Shown in pieces: positions 26,885-35,555 of a stretch of 42,719 nucleotides of DNA. Source of the stretch: Patescibacteria group bacterium (lineage in GTDB: Bacteria > Patescibacteriota > Minisyncoccia > Phycocordibacterales > UBA2100); assembly GCA_038056635.1 (NCBI GenBank), contig JBBUFE010000001.1, positions 7,686 to 50,404 on the forward strand, read 5' to 3'. The notes below the pieces were generated by a model, which saw only the letters and a program-made list of their open reading frames with translations, was not told the origin of the DNA and searched no databases. Each line of letters starts with the position of its first letter. Within the stretch, counting starts at the first letter, position 1. Position numbers and translations under genes: made by a program.

Positions 26885-26904
26885 TTATCCCCACCCTATC
26901 CCCA
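26885..26904 (+). promoter_or_regulatory. two tandem DnaA-box-like 9-mers
   Basis: TTATCCCCA (26885-26893) and CTATCCCCA (26896-26904) have 1 and 2 mismatches to TTATCCACA. They lie 70-90 nt upstream of dnaA. Confidence 0.4.
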
Positions 26905-26958
26905 CCTTGTAAACACACGGGAAGGAACCCCTCCTCTTTCCATAAAAGAAGCGGCGCG

Positions 26959-26964
26959 TATAAT
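26959..26964 (+). promoter_or_regulatory. -10 hexamer TATAAT upstream of dnaA
   Basis: A perfect TATAAT lies 9 nt before the dnaA ATG at 26974. This implies a very short or absent leader. Confidence 0.4.
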
Positions 26965-26973
26965 GACCGTCCT

Positions 26974-28338
26974 ATGCCGCCGACCTCAATGACAAACCGA
27001 GAGCTTTGGCAAAACGCATTGGTACAAATTGAATTGGGAACATCTGAAGCAAGCTTCCGCACATGGTTTAGGAACACGGACATCGGGGGGCGAGACGGAA
27101 GCACTGTTCATGTGGCCGTGCCGAGCAAAATCGTCAAAGAGTGGTTGATGGAAAAGCATCACAAGCTCATTCTCAAAGCCCTTCGAGGCCTAGACAACAA
27201 CGTACGGGCCGTCGAGTACACGGTGCATCGCGCGGCACCATCACAAGAGCACAAGCCAGGTCGTACACAGCCGCCAGAAGAAAACGCGTCTCTTGATCTG
27301 CAGGCCCTCTACATTGATAAGAGAGACAATCTAAACCCGCGCTATACTTTTGAGACTTTTGTCGTCGGGCCCTTCAATCAACTCGCGCACGCGGCAGCAA
27401 AAGCAGTTCTGGAACGCCCCGGTCTTGCATATAACCCTCTCTTTATCTACGGCTCGACTGGCCACGGCAAGACACACCTCATCCAAGCCATCGGAAACAA
27501 CTTCAAAAAGGCGCATGCCAACAAAAAAGTTCTCTATGTAACCGCAGAGCGCTTCGCTGTGGACTACATAAACGCTGTTAGCACCGGACGCGCGAATAAT
27601 TTCAAGGACCAGTACCGCCAGTATGATGTTTTAATAATGGATGACGTTCAATTCATCGCGAAAACAGAAAAAACACAGGAGGAGCTCTTCCATTTATTCA
27701 ATGCGATGCATGACAACAACAAACAAATTGTTTTCTCTTCCGACAAGCACCCGAACTTCCTTCCTGGGTTCGAGGACCGCCTCAAGGGCCGTTTCAGCGC
27801 GGGAATGATAGCAGAAATTCCTGAACCCGACATAGAGTCAAGAACGGCTATAATCAAGGCTAAAATCGAGCAACACGGCTTCAGCATTCCCGACGATATT
27901 ATTCAATACATCGCTGAAAGCGTTCGCGGAAACATTCGCGAGCTGGAGGGTGTTTTGAATATGATAGTTTGCAAATCCCAGCTGAAAGGAAAGGCCGTGT
28001 CGCTTGCCGATGTCCGCACTCTTGTCAAACACAACGTGAAGCCGAACAAGGGGGTTTCCGTAGACGAGGTGGTGCGCCGCATCGCGCAGTATTACGACAT
28101 CCCGGAAAAAAGCATATACGAAAAAACGCGCAAGAAAGAGGTGGTTAAGCCAAGACAGATTATCATGTACATGCTCCGAGAAGAATTCAGTATTTCTTAT
28201 CCTTCCATAGGAGAAAAGTTGGGCGGGCGCGATCACACAACCGTAATCCACTCATGCGAGAAGATAAAACATGAGATTAAAAACGATGCCGCGCTCGACC
28301 AAGAGCTCGAGCATATACGCGCGCTCATACACTCATAA
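26974..28338 (+). CDS. dnaA: chromosomal replication initiator DnaA
   Basis: 454 aa with Walker A GSTGHGKTHL, the AAA+ box VLIMDDVQF, the sensor motif NIRELEG and the C-terminal DNA-binding GGRDHTTVIHSCEKI. Confidence 0.95.
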   Translation: MPPTSMTNRELWQNALVQIELGTSEASFRTWFRNTDIGGRDGSTVHVAVPSKIVKEWLMEKHHKLILKALRGLDNNVRAVEYTVHRAAPSQEHKPGRTQPPEENASLDLQALYIDKRDNLNPRYTFETFVVGPFNQLAHAAAKAVLERPGLAYNPLFIYGSTGHGKTHLIQAIGNNFKKAHANKKVLYVTAERFAVDYINAVSTGRANNFKDQYRQYDVLIMDDVQFIAKTEKTQEELFHLFNAMHDNNKQIVFSSDKHPNFLPGFEDRLKGRFSAGMIAEIPEPDIESRTAIIKAKIEQHGFSIPDDIIQYIAESVRGNIRELEGVLNMIVCKSQLKGKAVSLADVRTLVKHNVKPNKGVSVDEVVRRIAQYYDIPEKSIYEKTRKKEVVKPRQIIMYMLREEFSISYPSIGEKLGGRDHTTVIHSCEKIKHEIKNDAALDQELEHIRALIHS

Positions 28339-28554
28339 CCTGTGGATGGCTTGTTAATCATCATCTAATAACCCAAGACTTATTACTTAAATAAAATTAT
28401 AAAATATATACTCACCTTTCTTTAAAATAAATATCAACACAAACCCAACAATCCATAATAATAAAATAAACCTCTAAAACATCACTCAAATAAGCTTATA
28501 CACACAATGCACATAACTAATAGTAATAATAGTATTTAAATATATATTATATAT
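28339..28554. other. candidate oriC / DNA-unwinding region in the dnaA-dnaN spacer
   Basis: This 216-bp spacer is far more AT-rich than the rest of the window. DnaA-box-like TGTGGATGG lies at 28341-28349 and TTATACACA at 28496-28504. The classic dnaA-dnaN position supports the call. Confidence 0.55.
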
Positions 28555-29655
28555 ATGAAGGTAATAACAATAAAAGAAAAAATTCTATCCGCTGTAATTT
28601 TAGCGGAACGCATAACTGGAAAAAAAGAATCTCTACCGATTCTCTCCTGTATCCTTCTTGATGTTGGGAAAGAGATATCCGCACGCGCGACAACCCTCGA
28701 GGCGGGAATAGATATTAGGGTTCCAGGCGAGGTTGAAGAAAGGGGGTTGGTGGCTGTTCCAGCTTCTGTACTTTCACAGACTGTTAGGTCTATAAATAGC
28801 GAAAAAATAACACTAAGAACAGAAGGTTTAAATTTAGTAGTTGAGGCCCGAGGAACAAAGACGCTGATAAAGGCAATTCCTCACGATGAGTTCCCAAAAC
28901 TTTCGAGAGGGGAAGAGGTTGTAAAGGGTTTTTCCGTCGAACGAGACAAGCTACTTAGCGGAATAAAAGCGGTTTCGTACGCCGCCTCTGTATCTATGAT
29001 TAGGCCAGAACTAGGAAGCGTCTACATATCAATAAAAAGGAGCGGGCTGGTCTGTGTTGCCACAGACTCGTTTCGACTTGCAGAAAAAACAATTATGGGC
29101 AGGGCTGAACAAGACGGCGCAGACATACTCGTCCCTCTGAAACACGCTGGGGAATTAATATACATTCTTGAAAGAATTTCAGACGACGCGGTTTCGCTCC
29201 ATGTATCAGACTCGGAACTTTCGGTGGCGTCAGAAAGGGTGCGGTTCGTGTCGCGCGTTGTAGACGGAACATTCCCCAATTACCAAGAAATTATTCCAAA
29301 AACATTTGTAACAGAAGCGACGATTTTGAAGAATGATTTTGCAGAAATGCTGCGGAAGGCCCGGGTGTTTTCCGGAGACGACCAGCATGTCGGGCTTCAC
29401 CTCTACCCGAAGAGAAAAATTTTCACGGCAACTGCGCAGAGTCCTGATGTCGGAGAAATGTCAGACTCCATAGACGCGGCTATGTCGGGAGAGGATATAG
29501 ATATTAATTTCCACATCGGGTATCTTGCGGACTGCGTGGCCTCCATAGATTCCGACAGCATTGTTTTGGGATTCGGAGGGGCAAGCAAACCGCTGGTAAT
29601 ACGAGGGGTTTCCGACGCGAGCTTTACGTATCTCGCGATGCCGCTTAATAGATAA
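28555..29655 (+). CDS. dnaN: DNA polymerase III beta sliding clamp
   Basis: 366 aa, directly downstream of dnaA. The N-terminal ...LPILSCILLDV and the three-domain length are typical of DnaN. Confidence 0.9.
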   Translation: MKVITIKEKILSAVILAERITGKKESLPILSCILLDVGKEISARATTLEAGIDIRVPGEVEERGLVAVPASVLSQTVRSINSEKITLRTEGLNLVVEARGTKTLIKAIPHDEFPKLSRGEEVVKGFSVERDKLLSGIKAVSYAASVSMIRPELGSVYISIKRSGLVCVATDSFRLAEKTIMGRAEQDGADILVPLKHAGELIYILERISDDAVSLHVSDSELSVASERVRFVSRVVDGTFPNYQEIIPKTFVTEATILKNDFAEMLRKARVFSGDDQHVGLHLYPKRKIFTATAQSPDVGEMSDSIDAAMSGEDIDINFHIGYLADCVASIDSDSIVLGFGGASKPLVIRGVSDASFTYLAMPLNR

Positions 29656-29673
29656 CGAAGACAAATCGGCACA

Positions 29674-29715
29674 GGTCTACTGGCCGCAAGCCACAGGCTA
29701 CGAGCTACTGGCTCT
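29674..29715. repeat. single heptamer array (NNNCTAC-type)
   Basis: GGTCTAC TGGCCGC AAGCCAC AGGCTAC GAGCTAC TGGCTCT lies between the convergent dnaN and PBP stops. The units resemble the right arm at 2781-2794. Confidence 0.55.
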
Positions 29716-29719
29716 TTAG

Positions 29720-32179
29720 TTACTGAATCGTGAAGTTAATTGTCTTTTCCTCATTTCCGGACGCGCTTTCCGCAACCGCGCGCAGTGTTACCGGCCCGCG
29801 TGTCGGGGGAGTTATAGAAATTGAAAATGCCGGCGGTGTTCCGACTCCTATGCGGATATTATTTAAATAATAAGAGACGCGAGACACGTTTTCTGGACGA
29901 GGCGCAAAAACTGAAATTACGAGCGGTACAAAAGATGAGACAGTTGTTCCAGACTGCGGCGAAGTAATTGTGAAAACTTTTCCTGCACCCGCCGCTCCAG
30001 AGCTTGGAGAGGGGCGCGGGGCGGATTGCAAAAGTTTTTCTGGGTTGCCCTGCGCCCAAATCTGCACAGGATATTCCCAGCGGGCAAACTGCGGATCGTT
30101 ATTTGGGTTGGCTGGTCGGCCGCCGCGAGGACTTCCTTTCTCCGTCCAATAGAGAATGTCGTGAATTCCCTCCGACGGGTTAGAGTTCCAACTTCCTCGC
30201 AAAACCGGCGGAAGAGAGTCCAGTTCTGTTTCAGGCGCTTGAGGAGGGAAGGCGCCCGAAGAATATTTTTCGATTGCGTATGCAGTAACCTCGTGCCACA
30301 TCGGCGCCACAATGAAAGCGGCAATCTTTTTTACCATCGGGCTGTTGTCATTATTTCCTGCCCACGCGCCGACAGCAATGCCTGGCGTATACCCTATGAC
30401 CCAAGCATCGCGATAATCGTTTGTGGTCCCTGTTTTATCGGCTACAGGGGTGCCCGGGAAGTAAAGCGGGGAATCGGCGCCGAATTCAGGAGCTCGGGCC
30501 ACGTTATCAGAAAGAATATCATTTATTTGCCTGGCAATCTGTTGGTCCATGACGCGCAAACTCTCCAGTTCAAAGACCTCTAACGTGTTTCCCGCGCCGT
30601 CCTCGACGCGCAAAACGCTCGCGGGGGGATTCCGTATTCCGTCATTCGCAAATACCCCGTATGCTCCTGTCATTTCCAAGAGATTCGCTTCACCCCCGCC
30701 CAAAACAAGCGTGAGCCCGTATTGGTCCTTGTCGTCGAGCGTAGTTATTCCCATATCGCTCGCAGTTTTTAAGGAATCTGCTACTCCGGCGAGATAAAGG
30801 ATTTTCACGGAGGGGATGTTCACAGATTGCGCAAGGGCGTTTCGCAATGTGATTGGGCCATGGAATTTCAGGTCGAAGTTTTCGGGAGAATAGCACGGCG
30901 GTTCATCGGAAAAATCTTCCGGCTTGCAGTAACTGGAGAATTGGGTTTTTAGGTCAAACACAACCGCGTCTGGCGTGTATCCTTTTTGGAGGGCGGTTGC
31001 ATAAACGAACGGCTTGAATGTGGAGCCAGGCTGGCGGTTTGCAAGAGTTACGTTCACTTTCCCGTCTATTTTGGAGTCGAAATATCCGCGCGAGCCGACC
31101 ATTGCCAGAATCTGCCCGGATTTGGGGTCTATTGCCACGAGCCCCGCGTTTGAGGCGTTGAAGTTCTTTTCATTTGAAAGCGCCGCCTTGGTCAGCGTCT
31201 CCTCCGCTTTCTTTTGTAAATCGTAATCAAGGGTAGTCGTTACTTGAAGGCCCCCTCTCTCGACTGCATCTGCTCCATACTTTTCTTCGAGGTACTCGCG
31301 GACATAAAACACGAAGTGCGGGGCCTTGATGCCCGCCGCCGCCTCATCTTTAAACTCAACTTTTTCCTGCAGTGCGTTTTCATATTCAATATCGGCGATA
31401 AATCCGTTCTCTTTCATCTTTTGCAGAACAAGATTTTTTCTCCTCTCTAATTCATCGCGGTGATTTCCGTAAGGAGAATAGCGCGTGGGCGCCTGCGGAA
31501 GGGCGGCCATGTACGCGGCTTGCGCGAGAGAAACATCCTTAGCGCTTATGCCGAAAAAGTATTGGCTCGCTTCCTCAACCCCGTATATTGTCCCGCCGTA
31601 GGAGGTCTCGTTTAAGTATGTGGCGAGAATCTGGTCCTTCGAGTAATGCCGCTCCAACTTTATTGCCAGAGCGATCTCTTTTATCTTGCGAATTATTGTT
31701 TTGTCTCGAGTGAGGAGCGCATTTTTAACCACCTGCTGGGTGATGGTCGAACCGCCTTGAACAAATTTCATGGAAAGAATATCGACCGCCATCGCGCGGA
31801 GGAGTGACAATGGCCGGAAGCCGTAGTGCTGGTAAAATTCCGCATCTTCGACAGCGACAGCGGCGTTTCTCAAGTTGGGAGAAATTTCATCGAGAGGGAC
31901 TGCCGTTCGGCGCATTATTCCGTGCACGTCGAAAAGGAGCACGTTTCCGGTTCGGTCATAAATCTTTGTCGATTCCGCAACTCTGCGGTTCTGGAAATTA
32001 TCAATCGAAGGGATTGTAAGCACGACCGCCCATGCGGCTATAATTCCTCCGCCAAACATCGCGATGACTGCGATGGTTGCGAGCGCCGCCTTTATGTACG
32101 GTAACGCATGTTTCCATCCGCGGGGTTTGTTTGCGGCGCTGTATGGCGGATATGGAGGCGGCATAGTAGATTGGCGCAT
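29720..32179 (-). CDS. class A penicillin-binding protein (transglycosylase/transpeptidase)
   Basis: The GT51 motifs are EDAEFYQHYG, GGSTITQQVVKN and RKIKEIALAIKLE. The transpeptidase motifs are STFKPF, SVN and KTGTT. I placed the start at the ATG at 32179. The TTG at 32206 on the track is in frame with MITE-derived sequence. Confidence 0.9.
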   Translation of the reverse strand: MRQSTMPPPYPPYSAANKPRGWKHALPYIKAALATIAVIAMFGGGIIAAWAVVLTIPSIDNFQNRRVAESTKIYDRTGNVLLFDVHGIMRRTAVPLDEISPNLRNAAVAVEDAEFYQHYGFRPLSLLRAMAVDILSMKFVQGGSTITQQVVKNALLTRDKTIIRKIKEIALAIKLERHYSKDQILATYLNETSYGGTIYGVEEASQYFFGISAKDVSLAQAAYMAALPQAPTRYSPYGNHRDELERRKNLVLQKMKENGFIADIEYENALQEKVEFKDEAAAGIKAPHFVFYVREYLEEKYGADAVERGGLQVTTTLDYDLQKKAEETLTKAALSNEKNFNASNAGLVAIDPKSGQILAMVGSRGYFDSKIDGKVNVTLANRQPGSTFKPFVYATALQKGYTPDAVVFDLKTQFSSYCKPEDFSDEPPCYSPENFDLKFHGPITLRNALAQSVNIPSVKILYLAGVADSLKTASDMGITTLDDKDQYGLTLVLGGGEANLLEMTGAYGVFANDGIRNPPASVLRVEDGAGNTLEVFELESLRVMDQQIARQINDILSDNVARAPEFGADSPLYFPGTPVADKTGTTNDYRDAWVIGYTPGIAVGAWAGNNDNSPMVKKIAAFIVAPMWHEVTAYAIEKYSSGAFPPQAPETELDSLPPVLRGSWNSNPSEGIHDILYWTEKGSPRGGRPANPNNDPQFARWEYPVQIWAQGNPEKLLQSAPRPSPSSGAAGAGKVFTITSPQSGTTVSSFVPLVISVFAPRPENVSRVSYYLNNIRIGVGTPPAFSISITPPTRGPVTLRAVAESASGNEEKTINFTIQ

Positions 32180-32217
32180 GAAGTTAATCGACTGATTGTA
32201 CCGCAAGTAACCGGTTG

Positions 32218-32353
32218 CCCCGACACCAACTTTGGCATTGTGTCTTCAACTGTGTCATCGTACGAAGGCGAGTCGTCGGCGAACGAGAGGACGTATTTGT
32301 GGTTTCATGCGAAGAAACTTCCACGCGCAATAATGCCAAAGTTGGTGCATGGG
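32218..32353. mobile_element. MITE-like element, copy C (136 bp)
   Basis: The TIRs are CCCCGACACCAACTTTGGCATTGTGTC and CGCAATAATGCCAAAGTTGGTGCATGGG. The flanks GGTTG and CTTGG are only a degenerate direct repeat. Confidence 0.55.
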
Positions 32354-32419
32354 CTTGGCAAAAACGCCCAAATATGGCATCTTCTAGCAATTAACCTCTC
32401 GTCCATCACAAAGCTCCCT

Positions 32420-33445
32420 ATGAAAATCAAACTTAGGTACGGAGAGAATCCTCATCAGAAAGCATCCGCATCTCCCAAAACCACAAGAGATGTTTTGGCA
32501 ATTGCGCGTTTCAAGCGAGAGGACGGCAGTCCGTTTGTGGGAGCGGACGCAAGCTGGATATCAATAACCGACCTAGGGCGCCTTATTCAAGTTGTTGAGA
32601 GATTTGCCGCGGCGTATCGCAAAAATATCTCCCCCTCGCTTCCGAATGTCGCGGTTATCGTTAAGCACGGCAGTCCCTGCGGCGCGGCTTTTGGCAAGAA
32701 CGGAGAGAGCGTTGCGCGTGATGCGTGGCTCGGAGACCCGCACGCGGCCTTTGGAGGATTTCTTATTGTTACGTTTCCGTTCACCGCGAAAATTGTTGAG
32801 GCCCTAGCGTATGCAAACGGCGGCAGGACGCCTTTCCTGAGCGGTGTTGCGGCGCCGTCTTTTGAAAAAGGCGTTGCAGAAGGAATTGGCGCGAAGAGCA
32901 AGGGAACCCACTTTATTTCAAATAAGGCGCTGGCAGAGATTCCGGCTCAAATTTCGAAACAGAACGAGATAAGCTCTGCGCGCGACTACATTCTCGAACA
33001 AACATCGACCCAATTTGTCCCGGTATTCTCCAGAATGGAGTATCACGGCCCTGTGCTTTCGGCGCATGTAAGTAAAGAAATTTTTGCAGACCTCTCGCTT
33101 GCCTACGCCGTGTGTTCAGCGAGTACGAGCAATACAGTCTCGCTAGTGAAAGACGGAGCGCTGATAGGAAACGCGGTTGGCCAGCAAAAGCGCGTCGGGA
33201 GCGCGAAGCTTGCGCTGCGGCTGGCGGAAGAAAGCAGTCATGGCACGAAAGGCGCTGTCGCAGTTTCAGACAGCTATTTCCCGTTTCCAGACGGTCTTGA
33301 GGCGTTGGCAAAGGGAGGGGTGCGAGCAATTTTTGCAACTTCCGGCTCTGTGCGCGACAGAGAAGTGTTCGCGCGCGCGGAAGAGCTTCATGTGGGAATG
33401 TTTACCGTTTCCGACAAGGTAGGAAGAATGTTCGCTGGACACTGA
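32420..33445 (+). CDS. purH: AICAR transformylase domain protein (PurH C-terminal domain only)
   Basis: The ATG at 32420 gives MKIKLRYGENPHQKA, the AICARFT signature. At 341 aa it has no MGS-like IMP cyclohydrolase domain. The upstream part of the 445-aa track ORF crosses the MITE and the PBP start. Confidence 0.7.
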   Translation: MKIKLRYGENPHQKASASPKTTRDVLAIARFKREDGSPFVGADASWISITDLGRLIQVVERFAAAYRKNISPSLPNVAVIVKHGSPCGAAFGKNGESVARDAWLGDPHAAFGGFLIVTFPFTAKIVEALAYANGGRTPFLSGVAAPSFEKGVAEGIGAKSKGTHFISNKALAEIPAQISKQNEISSARDYILEQTSTQFVPVFSRMEYHGPVLSAHVSKEIFADLSLAYAVCSASTSNTVSLVKDGALIGNAVGQQKRVGSAKLALRLAEESSHGTKGAVAVSDSYFPFPDGLEALAKGGVRAIFATSGSVRDREVFARAEELHVGMFTVSDKVGRMFAGH

Positions 33446-33480
33446 CCCTCAAATCTGTCTTTCTCACCTCCGTGTTCTCC

Positions 33481-33508
33481 ATGCTGGTGTTTTGCAAAAC
33501 ACTAGCAT
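33481..33508. terminator. hairpin between convergent purH-like and ruvC genes
   Basis: ATGCTGGTGTTT-TGCA-AAACACTAGCAT forms a 12-bp stem with one G-U pair. Its centre is TTTTGCAAAA, as at 4378-4407. Confidence 0.45.
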
Positions 33509-33528
33509 AGAACAGGTGCAGGGTAATG

Positions 33529-34014
33529 CTAATGCGCGGATGGACGAACTCTCGATAGGTGGGTCAAACCGACGGCTATGGCGTCATACTCGTCGTCGTA
33601 TTTTATTTCCTTTTCGATTTTCACGAGCGCGTGTAGCATTTTGGCGATTTGTTGCTTATCTGCTCTGCCGTAGCCTCCAGCGGCACTCTTAATTTCCCCT
33701 GGAGTATATTCAAAAACGGGGATGCCGAGGTTTGCCGCGGCATTGATGAGCGCGCCCCGCACTTCCGCGACGCGCATCGCGGTTTTTTGATTCGTGCTGA
33801 AGTAGAGTTTCTCCATCGCGAGCGCGTCTGGCATATATTTCTTTGCAAGACGAGAGCATTCACCCGCAACAGTTCCAAGCCGCGCGGTAAAATCAGCGTC
33901 CTTAGATGTCTCTATGCAATCGGAATAAAGAAGAACCTCTTTCGTTCCTTCCGTGCGCTCCAACACGGCCACGCCGCATCTTCCGTATCCGGGGTCAATT
34001 GCCAAAACTCTCAT
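33529..34014 (-). CDS. ruvC: Holliday junction resolvase RuvC
   Basis: MRVLAIDPGYGRCGVAVLE is the RuvC N-terminal catalytic motif. The 161-aa length fits. Confidence 0.9.
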   Translation of the reverse strand: MRVLAIDPGYGRCGVAVLERTEGTKEVLLYSDCIETSKDADFTARLGTVAGECSRLAKKYMPDALAMEKLYFSTNQKTAMRVAEVRGALINAAANLGIPVFEYTPGEIKSAAGGYGRADKQQIAKMLHALVKIEKEIKYDDEYDAIAVGLTHLSRVRPSAH

Positions 34015-34015
34015 A

Positions 34016-34098
34016 GCTTCTAGCTTCTAGCTTCTAGGGGCTAGAAACAATATCTGTATTGTACTAGAAGCTAGTAGCTAGTCCCTAGCAGCTATTCA
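34016..34098. repeat. CTAG-heptamer hairpin element (empty form)
   Basis: The left arm is GCTTCTA x3 plus GGGGCTA (34016-34043), followed by a 20-nt loop. The right arm is CTAGAAG CTAGTAG CTAGTCC CTAGCAG CTATTCA (34064-34098). It spans exactly from the ruvC start to the yebC stop. Confidence 0.8.
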
Positions 34099-34626
34099 CG
34101 CGGAGTTCGTGTAAACCTCCTCCACATCGTCGTGCGAGCCGATTTCCTCCAGAACTTTTTGAAGTTTTTCTTTGTCGGATTTAGAAAGCGGGGCTGTCGT
34201 CTTTGGCGAGTAACCATCGGCCGTTTTTCCGAACGCCCACATGGCGCTTCCGGGTGAGGCGAGCGCCAGACCGTTTTCCAAAAGCAGGTGTTTTATTTCT
34301 TGCGCCGTTCTATTGTGATTGTCGGTCAAGGTCTCAATGAGAATCGCGACGCCACCGGGACCGTAGGTCTCGTAGACAACAGTATCAAGAGAGCCGGAAT
34401 CGGCGGATATTCCTTTCGCAACCGCGCGGTCAATGTTTTCTTTCGGCATGTTTGATTCGCGCGCCTTCTCAATGACAGCACGAAGGTGCGGGGTGTTGAC
34501 ATCGCCGTTGGCTTTCTTGGACTCAACAGAGATTCGTTTAGAGAGCTTTCCCCACACGTTGCTTTTGCTGGCGTCCGCCGCGCCTTTGCGGTGTTTTATT
34601 TGCGACCATTTGTTGTGTCCAGACAT
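34096..34626 (-). CDS. yebC: YebC/PmpR-family protein (shortened)
   Basis: MSGHNKWSQIKHRKGAADASKS... and YETYGPGGVAILIETLTDNHNRT match the YebC family. At 176 aa it is shorter than the ~240 aa typical of the family. Confidence 0.85.
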   Translation of the reverse strand: MSGHNKWSQIKHRKGAADASKSNVWGKLSKRISVESKKANGDVNTPHLRAVIEKARESNMPKENIDRAVAKGISADSGSLDTVVYETYGPGGVAILIETLTDNHNRTAQEIKHLLLENGLALASPGSAMWAFGKTADGYSPKTTAPLSKSDKEKLQKVLEEIGSHDDVEEVYTNSA

Positions 34627-34630
34627 ATGG

Positions 34631-34665
34631 ATAGGGTATAGCCACTAGGGCATAGGGAATAGCGG
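34631..34665. repeat. single heptamer array (ATAGGGN x5)
   Basis: ATAGGGT ATAGCCA CTAGGGC ATAGGGA ATAGCGG fills the spacer between the yebC start and the upstream gene's stop. Confidence 0.65.
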
Positions 34666-34667
34666 AC

Positions 34668-34985
34668 CTATTTTGGCGGCTCCTCTTTCCCCAAAAGTTT
34701 TTCTAGGTTGGCGCGGAATACTCCAAGGTGGTATTCAAGCACTTTGATTACATCGGCATCTTTTTCGCTCTCTGCAGGGAGCAACGTCGACAGATCGCCG
34801 TCTTGCACTTCCGCGCCCCCTCCTTCTATTCCTGTACTCCCGCCATGTTCCGCTCCGACGAGATTATTCTTCGCCTTTTCCAGTCCCTTCTCCAGATATT
34901 CAATGGCCTCCCTAAGGGACTCTATTCCTTTTTTGTCCGGCGGAGGTTCGAACGTTTTAAAACTAAAGCCTTCAGGGTCTTTCAT
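34668..34985 (-). CDS. hypothetical small acidic protein
   Basis: 105-aa ORF with an ATG start and no recognisable motif. It is co-oriented with yebC-ruvC. Confidence 0.45.
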   Translation of the reverse strand: MKDPEGFSFKTFEPPPDKKGIESLREAIEYLEKGLEKAKNNLVGAEHGGSTGIEGGGAEVQDGDLSTLLPAESEKDADVIKVLEYHLGVFRANLEKLLGKEEPPK

Positions 34986-35397
34986 ATATCGTTAAAATGG
35001 ACTGGTGTGGCGGGAGTATGCCAAATTGTTATTGCGACGAACGCAGATTTAAACGATAACACAAAGCTGGCGGAAAAGAGGAGATGTCATGTTTTGATAT
35101 ATGCCGAGTTATTCACAGGCATATCCACTCGATATCCACGGTTTCGGGACTTTTGCGTAAGTTTGACAGGCAAAACCATTCTTTATAATCCTACGACTGA
35201 TGTGCTTAACCGTGCGTCGGTCGTTGCCAAGGGGATATGCAGTAATGCAAATCAGTCCGGGTAACTGCTCCTTGAATCTATTCCTGGCGCAAGTCGGGAG
35301 AAGCTACGGGAGTCGTCGGACAGAGTAGTGGGGTGAAGTGTGAAGCGTGGGGAGATCATATCAAGACGCGCGGAACATCTCATCGATTTCCAATGTC

Positions 35398-35437
35398 CGA
35401 AAAAACAAATAATCTCCCGCAAGGGAGATTATTTGTT
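35398..35437 (-). terminator. Rho-independent terminator (minus strand)
   Basis: A 15-bp perfect stem, AACAAATAATCTCCC / GGGAGATTATTTGTT (35404-35437), closes a 4-nt loop. The plus-strand A-run at 35400-35405 gives a U-tract after the hairpin on the minus strand. Confidence 0.7.
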
Positions 35438-35521
35438 ACCGTGCGTAGCAACCACAGTGTACATGCGGAATAGAAAAGAAATCTTGTTATCCACAGGGAA
35501 ATTAAGTGTAGCGACATTGTA

Positions 35522-35549
35522 TTGACACGCTGTTTGTGATTGGTATGAT
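35522..35549 (+). promoter_or_regulatory. sigma70-like promoter of the dinJ-yafQ pair
   Basis: TTGACA (35522-35527), a 16-nt spacer and TATGAT (35544-35549) are present. The ATG at 35556 lies 7 nt after the -10, suggesting a leaderless mRNA. Confidence 0.5.
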
Positions 35550-35555
35550 TGCGAC

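Noticed and set aside
32108-32419. N-terminal 104 codons of the 445-aa ORF preceding the PurH-like domain
   Set aside because: This stretch overlaps the PBP gene start on the other strand and reads straight through MITE copy C. The conserved MKIKLRYGENPHQ start at 32420 is the natural N-terminus.
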